Of a stretch of 64,000 nucleotides of DNA, positions 50,895-63,389 are shown piece by piece (within the stretch, counting starts at the first letter, position 1; each line of letters opens with the position of its first letter). Source of the DNA: Octopus sinensis (taxonomy: Eukaryota); assembly GCF_006345805.1 (NCBI RefSeq), contig NC_043002.1:16616001-16680000 (forward strand). Direction: 5' to 3'. The translations under genes were made by a program, and so were the position numbers. Under the pieces are notes generated by a model that worked only from the letters and a program-made list of their open reading frames with translations, was not told the DNA's origin and searched no databases.

Positions 50895-51700
50895 TATATA
50901 GGGGTGAGACAAATAATAGAAACACCTTAAAATTTCAAACTAATATATTTAAACATGGGGTAGAACCGCATTTGGCCGTAATTACAGGTTGTAATTTACA
51001 AGTTATGGACTTGTACAAAATTTGAATTATTTCCAAAGGACTTTTTGTCCATTAATCAGCTAAAAAGTCTCCAGTTCTTGTTGTGATGATGGTGGTGCAT
51101 ATCAACTCCTTACTTGTTTTTCTAAAATGCACCATAAATGTTCAATATCATTGAGATCTGGGGATTGTGGTGGCCAGATAAGATGTTCAACAACACTAGA
51201 ATGTTTCTCGAGCCATTTACTAACAAATTTAGTTTTGTGAATTGATGTATTATCATCCTGGAAGATTGTGTGTCCCCCGCCCCCGGACAGAGTTCCGCAA
51301 GCATAGAATGAATTTGATCAGATAAAATGTTTAAATAGACTTGACAATTAATTCTGCCGTGAGGGGGAACCATTAGACCGGCATATTTCCAAGATGTATC
51401 ACCCCCAATTCTTCACGGATCCACTTCCATGTTTAACAGTTGTAAGAAGGCACATACATATAAAATGTAACACAAAATTATTTTAATATGGTGTAGGACA
51501 GATTTTGGCACTAATTACAGTTTGAATTCTACGTGGTATGGACTCGTACAACGTATGAATTGTTTCCAAAGCATTCTTTATCTACACTTCAGTTAAAATA
51601 GTCTCCACTTCTTGTAGGAATGATAGTGGAAGATATCAACTACTTCGTTCAACTAAGAAGAATTTTTTAGGCGCTTCTTCAGCACGTCTGCAGCCTAATA
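50895..51700 (-). mobile_element. Decayed Tc1-like transposon
   Basis: Terminus AGGGGTGAGACAAATAATAGAAACACC. Minus frames give G.IN..VY..IL.D...FQDDN..IH...W...QSPDLN.IE..W. Confidence 0.8.
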
Positions 51701-51737
51701 ATTGAAACAAGCAAGATGTTAAAAAGTTGCACACACA

Positions 51738-51769
<32 letters not shown>

Positions 51770-53808
51770 TACACACACACACACACATACACACACACAC
51801 ACACACACACTCACCGACAGACTAAATATTTCTTCTCCTCTTAAACATTCACTTTAAAATCTTTCGTCGGCCTTGGTCTCACTTGGTTATTCGGCACCGG
51901 GATTGAAACGGAAACCATGTGGTCGAGAAAGAAACTACTTACTACACACTATGCTAATGGTCACTTGTGAGTCTTGTCAACATTGTAATTTAAATTCGGA
52001 GAAGCGATGTGATCAAACGGAAACATGGCGAGTTCTTTCATCAGTTGCATATAAAAACAAGATTTATTTCCATTTACATCCTCTTTATATTGCAAAATAA
52101 TATTTGAGATCCTTGTCCAGTCTATCATTTTCTTTTCATTTTATTTCTTACACGACTAACGTGAGATTTCCTTATCAATAGTAAGCTTTATATCAGTTAA
52201 TCAAAGTTTTTCACTTTTCCGTAGCCTACAATTTTTCTGCAAATTTCTGAGATGTGGATATGTGTGCTCCTGTCAAGATAGAGATATTAAACATCGTTTA
52301 ACATAATGATTGCTACTTTGGTGACATTCGCAGAACACATTCTTAGGCAGTCGTTTGGTACTAGAATTCGAACTGATATTTTCCTACTCCCACCCATCTA
52401 TTAGTCACGAGTGCTCTACAACATATTATGACTCTATGCACTCACCTTTTCTAGTGCAAACCTGCCAAATGACTAAAGACAATGACAGTAATATTTGTAT
52501 AATTTAACAATTTCCCCTTATTTTTATATAAGTTTATAAAATCTCTATTAAATAGTCTCCATTTATACAATTCTTTTATAGTTGATATATACGCACATAT
52601 GAATGAATTTGAAACACATATTTCAGAAAAAAAAACATTTATATCAGTTGAGTGTATTAGTAGTTTATTATAAAAGCGAAATAGTAAATGGTAGAATAAG
52701 CACTACTGGAAGTAATTACATTATATCAGAGATGTTCAAAGCTCTCAGTTTAGGAATATATTAGCTCATGATGGAGACTGTTAACTTCCAATGATTGTTC
52801 ATGGTGAAAATTGGGCAATTTGTAAAATATATAGTTAGTAATTCGTTGAATTTCTGACGGTCATTCCGTGTAAAGTTTTAAAGTGTTCAGAAACCATTGA
52901 TTTCTTTCTTGTCGCACTTTGAATAAAAAATAAACAAATACATGCTATAGCCAGTAGCCTCGATTTTTCTTACTCTATGACTCTCTAGACAGACAGGAAT
53001 GATTTTAAAAAAACATTATGATGATGCTTTGGAAATTGTTTCATGCACTTATTTACCCCACAGTAAGAAAAAAAAATCAAAAAGCGAAAAAATCGTGCAC
53101 TGATGTATCTTCAATCTTTTTTACGCTTCGCTATTTTTTGTTTAAAATGCGTCTGTAAACATTAGTTTACCAAAAAGTAAAAAAATATTTAAATCAAGAT
53201 ATTTCAAAATACTTAAAAGAAATACGATCCAAATATATCTTCCGGTACCTCAACGAGATTTTTTATACAGAAACGAAGCAAATCGATATTATAATAATCC
53301 TTCACGAAATAAAATGTTCTGTCACTGTAAATATTACTGTAGTTTATTTCTGAAATACATTGACTAGAGCTTATCAAAAACAAAACGTTAAGTTTAAATA
53401 AAAATAGTAGATTGTATACCATTTTTCCTTCTCTATTCAAACAGCAGTTTATGTTAATTGATTTTCGATTTAAACAGCTTTACTAGTTTTAGTGTTTTCC
53501 TTTTAGTTGTATTTCATTTTAATTTTTCTTTTCTTGACAATTCACAGACAATTATCATTTGAAATCTTCAAATATTTTAAAACAAAAATTGCTCTTTTGT
53601 TTTGTGCAGAATAATAGTAAAAGAATAGAAAAATCAAACCTAATAAAAATGGTAAAATATAAGTTAGCTTAAAAGCAATTAAAATAATTTATCAAAACAC
53701 ATATTGTCAATATTGATTTCTATATTTAGCTTGGTTTTCAGAATGCAATTTACGTAAATACTTTGACAAAAACAAATATTAAGAAAAAAAATTAAAACCT
53801 TTACACAG

Positions 53809-53921
53809 ACATTTGAACTGTTTTGAGAAGTTAGATAAGAGTGGAAGTTTCTTCGGGCAATTTCCTATAGAAGCAGTGGAAAATAATTCATATTTTCGTG
53901 TGCTGATCTTTCCTGATAAAC
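53809..53921 (+). CDS. Candidate internal exon (HLNCFEKLDKSGSFFGQFPIEAVENNSYFRVLIFPDK)
   Basis: Acceptor CCTTTACACAG, perfect donor C|GTAAGT, 37 open codons in only one frame. Phase 2 to 1. Confidence 0.45.
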
Positions 53922-55057
53922 GTAAGTGACAAACACGCATTTGGGTAAGTTTCAACTGTCCCAGAAACGATGCAAGTTCTTGTTGTTTGTGCACTGCTTT
54001 CTCTTCCTTTTTTTTTTGTTTTTGTTAGTTGTGTTTGAAGGGTGATTACTGTAGTTTCAGAACAAATCAGTGCTAACTGATCCGGTTTAACGCTTGGTCA
54101 TCCAATAGCAATTTATATTATGTGCTAAGTTGAAGATAAAGATGGTTACATGAAACTTCTTCAGGAAATCATAAAACTCTATTTTTAGAAAAGAATGCAA
54201 CTCATTTTCATAGAATACTTTATGCTATAAAATCTATAAAATCAGTCGAAAAATCATCTTTGTTTATAGCCGAGATATTTTTACAGCTTTCCGTGGATCT
54301 CGTTCAAGCAAAATTGAAACAAATTACGTATCAGTTATCTTTGATTCCTTTCAAACGCTAACATGAGAAGATTTTACAACTGTAAGATTTATCTTTAGGT
54401 TTCTGTACTTACAAGAGCTGATACATCTAATGCTTTACCATAAAACTGCTTAGTCACGTGATCTATTCATAAATATCATCCCTGTCATGATCACCATGAT
54501 TGACGTCATCGTCATCATCCGTCTCTTTATTACATATTTCAATGCAACTGTGGTCGAAAACACTTAATACAGGAAAAATCAATGACTTCAAAGAATACAT
54601 TTATTTATATTTAACTACTGTAATCATAGAGACAATATCTTATCACACTGCAGCGGGGAAATTTTTTTTAGGAAATCAAGATCGTAACTTTCTGTGCATA
54701 AAATTTACCGTTTGCATAAGACTACTTAACAATAACGAGTATTGAAATATTGAAATAATATTGTTTTCAAAGAGTGAGTTTCAAATATGTATTCCTGATA
54801 AAGTGTATAGCACATCAAGACACGAGTATTGTAAAATGAATTGATGCATCTCCGGCAAAAGCAAAATGCCATATAAAGCTGAGTTCATATATTGCATTAA
54901 ATTTATCAGATTGCAGTATAAACCATGACCTTTCAGAATGACGGCAGGTGAGTGGGAAATTAAACAGATATGCTGTTTTATAGTAAGCAAATATATGAAT
55001 AGATATACAGACAGACAGACAGATAGATAAATAGATAGATATATGGATGGATGGATG

Positions 55058-55140
<83 letters not shown>

Positions 55141-55884
55141 TGATAGATAGATTGATAGATGGATAGATAGATAGATATATAGATAGATGGATAGATAGGT
55201 AGGAAAATTCTAGAGTGATAGAAAACAGAGCAATATTTGAAAGACATACACATTGAAGGGCATGGATGTACTCACAGATATACAGATGTTATGTGTCGTA
55301 CTATTTCTGGTTATTAATTGATATTTGGAATTCTCTTGTTACAAAACATCACGTGATTACAATTTTGAATGTTTAAATTACAATCATTTTAGTTCAGATA
55401 AAATGTGATTTTACATTTCGTATATTTTAATGTGTATCACGTGATTGGAAATGCTCAGGGGAGAGAGTGATTAACTTGGACAACTCTGTGTATGTAAGAT
55501 ACTTTACAGCATCTATTAAAACACGGAAGTGATGTACACCTTAACTGCACTGAATTCAATAAGTCATATTTTCATTACATGTGACGATGTTGTATTTGTG
55601 AACTATGCTTCTGTTTTCAAAGGAATACTTGACATTCATCTTCTATGTGAAAAGCCGTTTCTATAACATATATTATAACTATCTTAATAAGCAATAGATT
55701 TTAATGTAGTACAGAAATAATGAAATGTTGTTCTGTGTATGAATACAGTTTTTTTGGCAATATATATTTTCTAAAAAATTATATCTTTGCTTTAGTATGC
55801 TGAAATTCCCCCACCACCACCACCACGACACTCTCTACCTCTGTCACCGGAAATACTTTAACTTATTATATTTGTTGGTTGCAG

Positions 55885-55962
55885 TTATTGAAGATACTGA
55901 GATTGAATCTGATGAGAATCTTAGTCCATTGAACCAACTCAAGTATACAATTGGTATTGATG
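55885..55962 (+). CDS. Candidate internal exon (IEDTEIESDENLSPLNQLKYTIGID)
   Basis: Acceptor TTTGTTGGTTGCAG and donor G|GTTAGG (alternative G|GTATTG at 55953). Phase 1 to 1. Confidence 0.4.
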
Positions 55963-56616
55963 GTTAGGTATTAAAAGAATTATGAAAATTTGTTTATTGA
56001 ATAACAAACTGTTGCTGTTTTGAAATCAACCTAACCGAGCAACAACAGATAAGCATAGATATTCCAGAAATGATTATCTCGGTCACATGCATAAGCCTAA
56101 ATGTATATTACCTCACTTAAACAGAAGAGAAATTATAACTTAACGAAAGCCTTAAGCATGTCTGGATGATTGTAGGAGGATCATTTCAAGAAATTAAGCA
56201 TTTTATGATAAAGAAAATGTAGGAGATCTACTCAAAAATTTGGGATTTGAAGACCAGGTTTTAAATGCATTGTCATAGGTTTTGCCTAATAAACATATAA
56301 CTGTGTATTCCATCAAAGAAAATAAATGGAAAATTTAACATATTGAATACGACATAGTATGTTATAGTAAATAACGACTAAATAATGAATAAATATAGGC
56401 AAAGCAACCACAAATAAATTAGAGATCAGATATTTTAGTTCCACGCACTGAAAATTTAAAAGAGTGTACCTGTATGTGTTTGGATGAAGTAAAACTTATG
56501 TCTCGTTGTCGATTTATTGCATTTAAGCTTTATCAGGGCCTGCTTTAATTACTTCTGCAACCGATTTACGTTTTGATATGTAAATGTGTAAAATTGATGC
56601 CCTTTATTTCTTGCAG

Positions 56617-56662
56617 CGTTGCATATCAGAAACAATAGCTGTGAACAAATTAAAATTTTCCC
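56617..56662 (+). CDS. Candidate internal exon (LHIRNNSCEQIKIF)
   Basis: Strong acceptor CCTTTATTTCTTGCAG and donor C|GTAAAT. Two frames are open, so the phase is ambiguous. Confidence 0.3.
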
Positions 56663-56793
56663 GTAAATCACTGACGAAAACCGGTATTTACTTGAACCGT
56701 CTCTTGAAGGGATTTCCGATCCTTCTGTGCATATTTTTATAATCCTTTTACTAACCGCTATATAGATAGGGATATATACACACATATATATAT

Positions 56794-56826
<33 letters not shown>

Positions 56827-57215
56827 GGGAGAGAGAGAGAGAGGATAATTAAGATTCAGTTGAAATTGAAGCACCAAGCCATATCGGTATAGTCCGCACA
56901 GCTCTAAGTTTGGGGAACAGAATGTAAATAAGTAACATGGATGTCATGGTATTAATGCATTACAGCCGTTTCGAGCGACTCCATTTAATCGATCAATGAA
57001 AACATTGCGTCAATTTGAAGGAAATAGAAGACCATATTCAGTCTTAGATAACCATATATAATTCCAACATAAAAGATAAACCATTTGTAACAAATTCATA
57101 TCAATGCTAGAGACTTAAATAATTACCTTGTTCCCTTACAAATATATATTTGATACAAGGTATAAATAATGGCCATAACATATTTTACCTTTATTGGCGT
57201 AAATGTGGTTTGCAG

Positions 57216-57279
57216 CGGCTTCCGTAGTCATTATAAGTTCGTTACTGATAGGTTCTCAATTGGTCTTCTGATTAGTTGA
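57216..57279 (+). CDS. Candidate terminal coding exon (GFRSHYKFVTDRFSIGLLIS*)
   Basis: Acceptor GTGGTTTGCAG; open in phase 2 to TGA at 57277-57279. Confidence 0.25.
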
Positions 57280-57393
57280 GAAATGTTGAACGACCAGTAA
57301 AAGTAATGCTAATTTCATATATATTTGCTTCTACTCACAAATATACGCATATTCATATATATATATATATATAGTATATATATATATATATAG

Positions 57394-57426
<33 letters not shown>

Positions 57427-57461
57427 GTATATATATAATTTGAAACTGACTTATTGGAAGT

Positions 57462-57504
57462 CCACCTGAAGATTGTCGATCAAGACAAGAAACGATTGTA
57501 GTGG
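57462..57504 (+). ncRNA. Type I minimal hammerhead ribozyme in a short insert between (TA)n tracts
   Basis: Helix I CCAC/GTGG, core CTGAAGA 57466-57472, helix II TTGTC-GATCAA-GACAA, GAAA 57489-57492, self-complementary helix III ACGATTGT, GUA triplet with cleavage after 57500. Confidence 0.85.
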
Positions 57505-57602
57505 CGGTTTTTTTGACTATTTATTAAAATTTTATGTATTGATTAAGTCTTTCCTTGTTTGTTTTGCAAAATAGTGGTTTTGTCTCTAATATATTTTATA
57601 TG

Positions 57603-57698
<96 letters not shown>

Positions 57699-57757
57699 AA
57701 ACATTATTGGTGAATTGAAGAAATGGAGCTGAACGCAGATTGAACAGAAATCGTTTT

Positions 57758-57847
57758 ATTTCATTCTACACGTGTTTCGAAAGGCACAAATTACCAAAAT
57801 CCGATTGAATAATGGGACCATATTGTGTCTTTCTCTTCAGAAGAAAA
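57758..57847 (-). ncRNA. Hammerhead ribozyme, left-arm copy
   Basis: Mirror of 58021-58111. Helix II is longer here (GAAAG.CACAA/TTGTG.CTTTC) but helix I lacks one C. Confidence 0.75.
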
Positions 57848-58020
57848 TAGGAAATCCGTTGGAAAAACAAAAACAGAACAGAGGCGGAGCAAAAACAAAT
57901 CGAACTATGCTCCTAAGAGCCCATGGCGAAACTGAGTTTCGCCATTGGCTCTTAGGAGCATAGTTCGATTTGTTTTTGCTCCGCCTCTGTTCTGTTTTTG
58001 TTTTTCCAACGGATTTCCTA

Positions 58021-58111
58021 TTTTCTTCCTGAAGAGAAAGACACAATATGGTCCCATTATTCAATCGGATTTTGGTAATTTCTGCCTTTCGAAACACGTG
58101 TAGAATGAAAT
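58021..58111 (+). ncRNA. Type I hammerhead ribozyme with an extended helix II, right-arm copy
   Basis: Helix I TTTCTTC/GAA(T)GAAA, core CTGAAGA 58029-58035, helix II GAAAG/CTTTC closing a large loop, GAAA 58091-58094, palindromic helix III ACACGTGT, GUA triplet with cleavage after 58102. Confidence 0.82.
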
Positions 58112-58318
58112 AAAACGATTTCTGTTCAATCTGCGTTCAGCTCCATTTCTTCAATTCACCAATAATGTTTTAACTTCAATTATCCGCACCAACGCACGGT
58201 TGCAACACCATATGGTTGTACCTCCAACCGTGCTGTTTACTGCGGTGATTTTTGCTACTAAGGTATCGGTTAAACTTTTGATTAATCTACTACAAGATTA
58301 TTCATCTTTCTATTTCAC

Positions 58319-58367
<49 letters not shown>

Positions 58368-58407
58368 TATATATATATATATTGTATATATATATATGTA
58401 TAATATA

Positions 58408-58452
<45 letters not shown>

Positions 58453-58465
58453 CATATACATATAT

Positions 58466-58515
<50 letters not shown>

Positions 58516-58518
58516 CAC

Positions 58519-58567
<49 letters not shown>

Positions 58568-58633
58568 GATATATATATATATATTATATATATATATACA
58601 CACACACATATATATATATACATACACACACAT

Positions 58634-58668
<35 letters not shown>

Positions 58669-58708
58669 CTATATATATATATATATATTATATATATATA
58701 TATATATA

Positions 58709-59125
58709 CGAGCGTGATCATTGCCAGAGTCACAAGTTGGCCTCCGTGCCGGTGGCACGTAAAAACACCATTCGAGTGTGATAGTTACCTGCGTCGCCTT
58801 ACTGTCACTTGTGCTAGTGGCACGTGAAAAGACATTCGAGTGAGATCGTTGCCAGTGACGCTGGACTGGCTCCTGTGCAGGTGGCATATCCAAAACACCA
58901 TTTGAGCGTGGCCATTTCCAGTACCGCCTGATTGGCCCTCGTGCTGGTGACACGTAACAGCACCCACTATACTCTCGGAGTGGTGGGCGTAAGGAAGGGC
59001 ATCCAGGTGTAGAAACTGTGCCAGGTCAGATTGGAGCCTGGTGCAGCTATCAGGTTCGCCAGACCTCAGTCAAATCGTCCAACCTATGCTAGCATGGAAA
59101 GCGGACGATAAACGATGATGATGAT
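58709..59125 (+). mobile_element. Non-autonomous retroelement with internal tandem units of about 65 bp and an RTE-like 3' tail
   Basis: About four diverged GAGyGTG...TTGCCAG...TGGCACGT.AAA.CA.CATT units, then GGCGT.AGGAAGGGCATCCAG.TGTAGAAAC...GCATGGAAAGCGGACG.TAAAC(GAT)n. Confidence 0.7.
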
Positions 59126-59154
59126 TATGATATACTCTTTACTCTTTACTCTTT

Positions 59155-59540
59155 TACTTGTTTCAGTCATTTGAATGTGGCCATGCTGGAGCACCGCCTT
59201 TAATCGAGCAACTCGACCCCGGGACTTATTCTTTGTAAGCCCAGTACTTATTTTATCGGACTGTTTTGCCGAACCGCTAGGTGACGGGGACATAAACACA
59301 CCAGCATCGGTTCTCAAGCAATGCTAGGGGTCAAACACAGACACACAAACATACACGCACACACATATATATAATATATCATATATACGACGGATTCTTT
59401 CAGTTTCCGTCTACCAAATCCACTCACAAGGCTTTGGTCAGCCCGAGGCTATAGTAAAGACACTTGCCCAAGGTGCCACTGCACTGAACCAGGAACCATG
59501 TGGTTGGTAAGCAGGCTACTTACCACACAGCCACTCCTGC
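59155..59540 (-). mobile_element. SINE family B
   Basis: Near-colinear with 18020-18405. Confidence 0.9.
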
Positions 59541-59572
59541 GCTATATATATATATATATATATAATATATAT

Positions 59573-59615
<43 letters not shown>

Positions 59616-60267
59616 CAATTTAATTGAAATGTGTAAAGCTCCATAAGCTTCTGAATTGTAGTGAGTTTATACTCTGCAGTTATGGATGAAACAACAGTTA
59701 CATATCTAAATATAAAAAATACTAGAATAACATTCAAATCACAGCAGCCGCAATGTTTAAGTAGAATAGCGCAGATTTTGTGAAATGCAAGATCGAGCAA
59801 AAACTTAACACTGTTTTTGAGATCAGGTACATAGCAAATGTAAATGTGTTATTGCTTCCTCCGGGAATAACAGATGAATAGAGAATTAACGATGAGATAA
59901 GACTGCAACTAGATATTTCTATTAAAGGTTACGCTATATGTTTCCATTATAGATACCCGATCTAACAAATAAATTGTGAAGATGCCTGGAGATGTTAAGG
60001 GCTTCAGAGAAAGAACAACGCAATATTTTGTACATTCTCCAAATGCATTTTGTTAGCGGGGAAAATGAAGATCTGTAAATCATTTCTATTTGGATTGCTG
60101 TCAAATTATGCACGCAGTAACATGAATGCATAAATACAGATGTTCATACACAAAAGCGCAAAGATTAATGAAGCGGATATATTACTGAACGGAATACACC
60201 GGCTCACTCGTTACAGGCCTGCAATTTTATCAGCACTTACACATCTTTGTAGATATATATATATCAA

Positions 60268-60860
60268 TTTCTTTACTACCCACGAGGGTCTAAACGTAGA
60301 GAGGACAAACAAGGACATACAGACGAATTAAGTCGATTACATCGACCCAAGTGCATAGCTGGTACTTATTTAATTGACCCCGAAAGGATGAAAGGCAAGG
60401 TCGACCTCGGTAGAATTTGAACTCAGAACATAAAGACAGACGAAATACCTATTTCTTTACTACCCACAAGGGGATAAATACAGTGGGGACAAACAAGAAC
60501 AGACAAACGGATTAGGTCGATTACATCGATCTTAGTGCGTAAATGGTACTTATTTAATCGACCACGAAAGGATGAAAGGCAAAGTCGACCTCGGCAGAAT
60601 TTGAACTCAGAACGTAGAAGCTGACGAAATACCTATTTCTTTATTACCCACAAGGGGCTAAACACAGAGGGGACAAACAAGGACAGACATAGGTATTAAG
60701 TCGACTACATCGACCCCAGTGCGTAACTGGTACTTAATTTATCGACCCCGAAAGGATGAAAGGCAAAGTCGACCTCGGCGGAATTTGAACTCAGAACGTA
60801 GCGGCTGACGAAATACCGCTAAGCATTTAGCCCGGCTTGCTAACGATTCTGCCAGCTCAA
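60268..60860 (-). mobile_element. Head-to-tail array of three SINE-A bodies with a single head
   Basis: Junctions GACGAAATACC|TATTTCTTTA at about 60449 and 60632; head only at 60815-60860. Confidence 0.92.
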
Positions 60861-61807
60861 CTATTTCACAAATACTCAAACTTAAGAGTCGTTTTGACTT
60901 AAACATGGACATGACTGCTGTCAATTTGTTTGTGAATTCTACAAGGAAACGATAAAGAAAAAAGGAATTTGTATGTAAAGCGAGAGTGAGAGAGAGAGGG
61001 AGACAGGCAGGTAGAGATAGACGGACAGAAACAGAAGCGGCCGACAAGACGGACTGAAAGAAAATCACAGTATTTTTACCGATGATGTTTGATGAGATAG
61101 ATAATTCGGAGCACGAACACAGAAAACAGTTGACGAAACAGAATGTAACTGAAAACGAAAGAAATAAAGTAATACATCAAATTATTAATTACTTTCGACT
61201 AATCGAAAATTAATGTTACAGGAAATAGAACCAATTTGGCAAGTTAGAGGAGTTAATTTTTTATTGAAATATAGACAGTGATTCATTACTATTGGTTACA
61301 AACACACTCGGTGCAACATTTCCAGTGTAGTTAACATGTTATAAAATATTTAAATGTTTGTGACTGTGCGTGGTTAAGTGTGAGCATCTGTGTTTTATGC
61401 TTGAGTATGTGGGTTTTTGTATCTTTGTGTAATTGTTAATATATTGACTTCAGAGTGTTGAACGTAAGTGGGTAAAAAGGTTAAAACTTTTCGAAGACGA
61501 ATGAGAAGAATATTATAAAGAAAAAGCTGGTGGTGTTTATCAACAAATTATTATAATTTGTTCAAGCCTGTACAATATCTTATTGCATAAACGCGAATGA
61601 AAATCAAAGGGTTGAGCAGAATTTTTGAGCAGATTTAATCCTTTTATGTCTCTATATATAAAAGGTAACACACGCAAACACACACATAAACAGACACACA
61701 CGCAAACTCATATACATATCTTGATTTATATAACTATATATATGCGTGAATATAAATATGTATATGAATATGAGAGTATATATATACATATGTATATATA
61801 TATATAT

Positions 61808-61865
<58 letters not shown>

Positions 61866-61926
61866 GATATATATATATATAATATATATATATATATATA
61901 GATATATATATATATATGTGTGTGTA

Positions 61927-62021
<95 letters not shown>

Positions 62022-62045
62022 ATATATATATATATTATATTATAT

Positions 62046-62078
<33 letters not shown>

Positions 62079-62130
62079 TTATATGTATGTATGTATACCC
62101 ATCTATCTATCAATGTATATATATATATAT

Positions 62131-62169
<39 letters not shown>

Positions 62170-62175
<6 letters not shown>

Positions 62176-63260
62176 GTCGGCAACTAAGTTTTTTTTTAAT
62201 TTAAATTTTTTAAAAGGTTAACAAAAAATAACAGCTTATTTTATAAATCCTTCCCAACGTTGTAAAGGATTTTCAATAACTCATTGGTAGAAATCATTCG
62301 ATTTCTACTCGAAAAATTGATCCAACCAAGCTCTCAATTCTGCATCAGTATTGAACGAAACTCCTCGCATAGCATTTCAAACAGATCGAAACAGTTGGAA
62401 ATCCGTTGGTTCCAAATCAGGAACGTACGGAGGGTGTGGTAGCACTTCCCAGCCACGCGTTTGAATGGCTTCCTTGGTCATATTGACGATATGAAGGCAG
62501 GCCTTGTCGTGCAGCAGAACAACTCCATGCAGCCAATTAGGTCTTTTCTTTTCAATAGCGGTGTTGAGTCGTTCCATCTGTTGAAAATAGGGTTCCGCGT
62601 TGAACGTTTCGTCCCGTTCAAGCAATTCGTATAGGATAATCCCTTCCCAGTACCACCAAATGCACAACATCGTTTTACGTGAATGAATATCTTGCTTCAT
62701 GTGCAGTGTCGCTTATTTACCGGGTTAAGCCATTCCTTAGGCTGCTTCATATTGATGTACAGGCACCATATTTCGTCGCCAGTAACGATTCGGTAAAGAA
62801 ATCGTTGCTTGTGTCCATGAGTTGAGCGGTGACAAGCAAGCAAACCAGCGGAGATTGTGGCTCGTTGATATTTGCTGTTGTTACTTAAAGCATGCGGAAC
62901 ATATGCTCCATACTTCTGAACCTTTCCCATCGAGTGAAGATGCTTCTCTATAGCAGTGAGGGAGCATTCCATTTTCTCTACCATTTCTTTGTCGCTTGAC
63001 GAGAATTTTTCGTGCAAAAGTTGATTTAATTGCTTTTCATCGAACTCAACTGGAAGGCCAAAACGAGTTGCGTATTTGAGTTCAAAGTTTCCATTTTAGA
63101 ACTTGGCATACCGATTAGGAGCGGTTCTTTCAGCTATGGTACCCTCTCCATACACAGCAAAAATATTGTGAGCAGCTTTTGCGGCCTTACAACCTTGATT
63201 AAAAGCAACACGAAGGAGCTGTAGAAAATGCTCGTTTTTCTTAACTTGCTATTCCATTAT
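62170..63260 (-). mobile_element. Decayed mariner (DD34D) transposon
   Basis: ME.QVKKNEHF...AVYGEG..., YVPHAL, RIVTGDEIW, KTMLCIWW, LLHDKA, WEVLPHPPYVPDLEPTD. One TIR-like end ATCAGGTCGGCAACTAAG. Confidence 0.92.
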
Positions 63261-63327
63261 ACTCAACTGAAAATAAACAAAAATTAACTAAAATTAACTA
63301 GAAAAAAATAACAAAATAGATTCCAAA

Positions 63328-63389
<62 letters not shown>

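Larger units (their letters stand above)
57697..58172. repeat. 476-bp near-perfect palindrome centred on 57934
   Basis: Arms of about 237 bp with 2 substitutions and 1 indel seen; centre GCGAAAC-TGA-GTTTCGC; abuts (TA)n on the left. Confidence 0.97.

Noticed and set aside
53271-54445. Additional AG/GT-bounded open segments (53271-53326, 53610-53651, 54287-54327, 54399 onward)
   Set aside because: They are short enough to occur by chance in AT-rich DNA and could not all be placed in one consistent phase chain.
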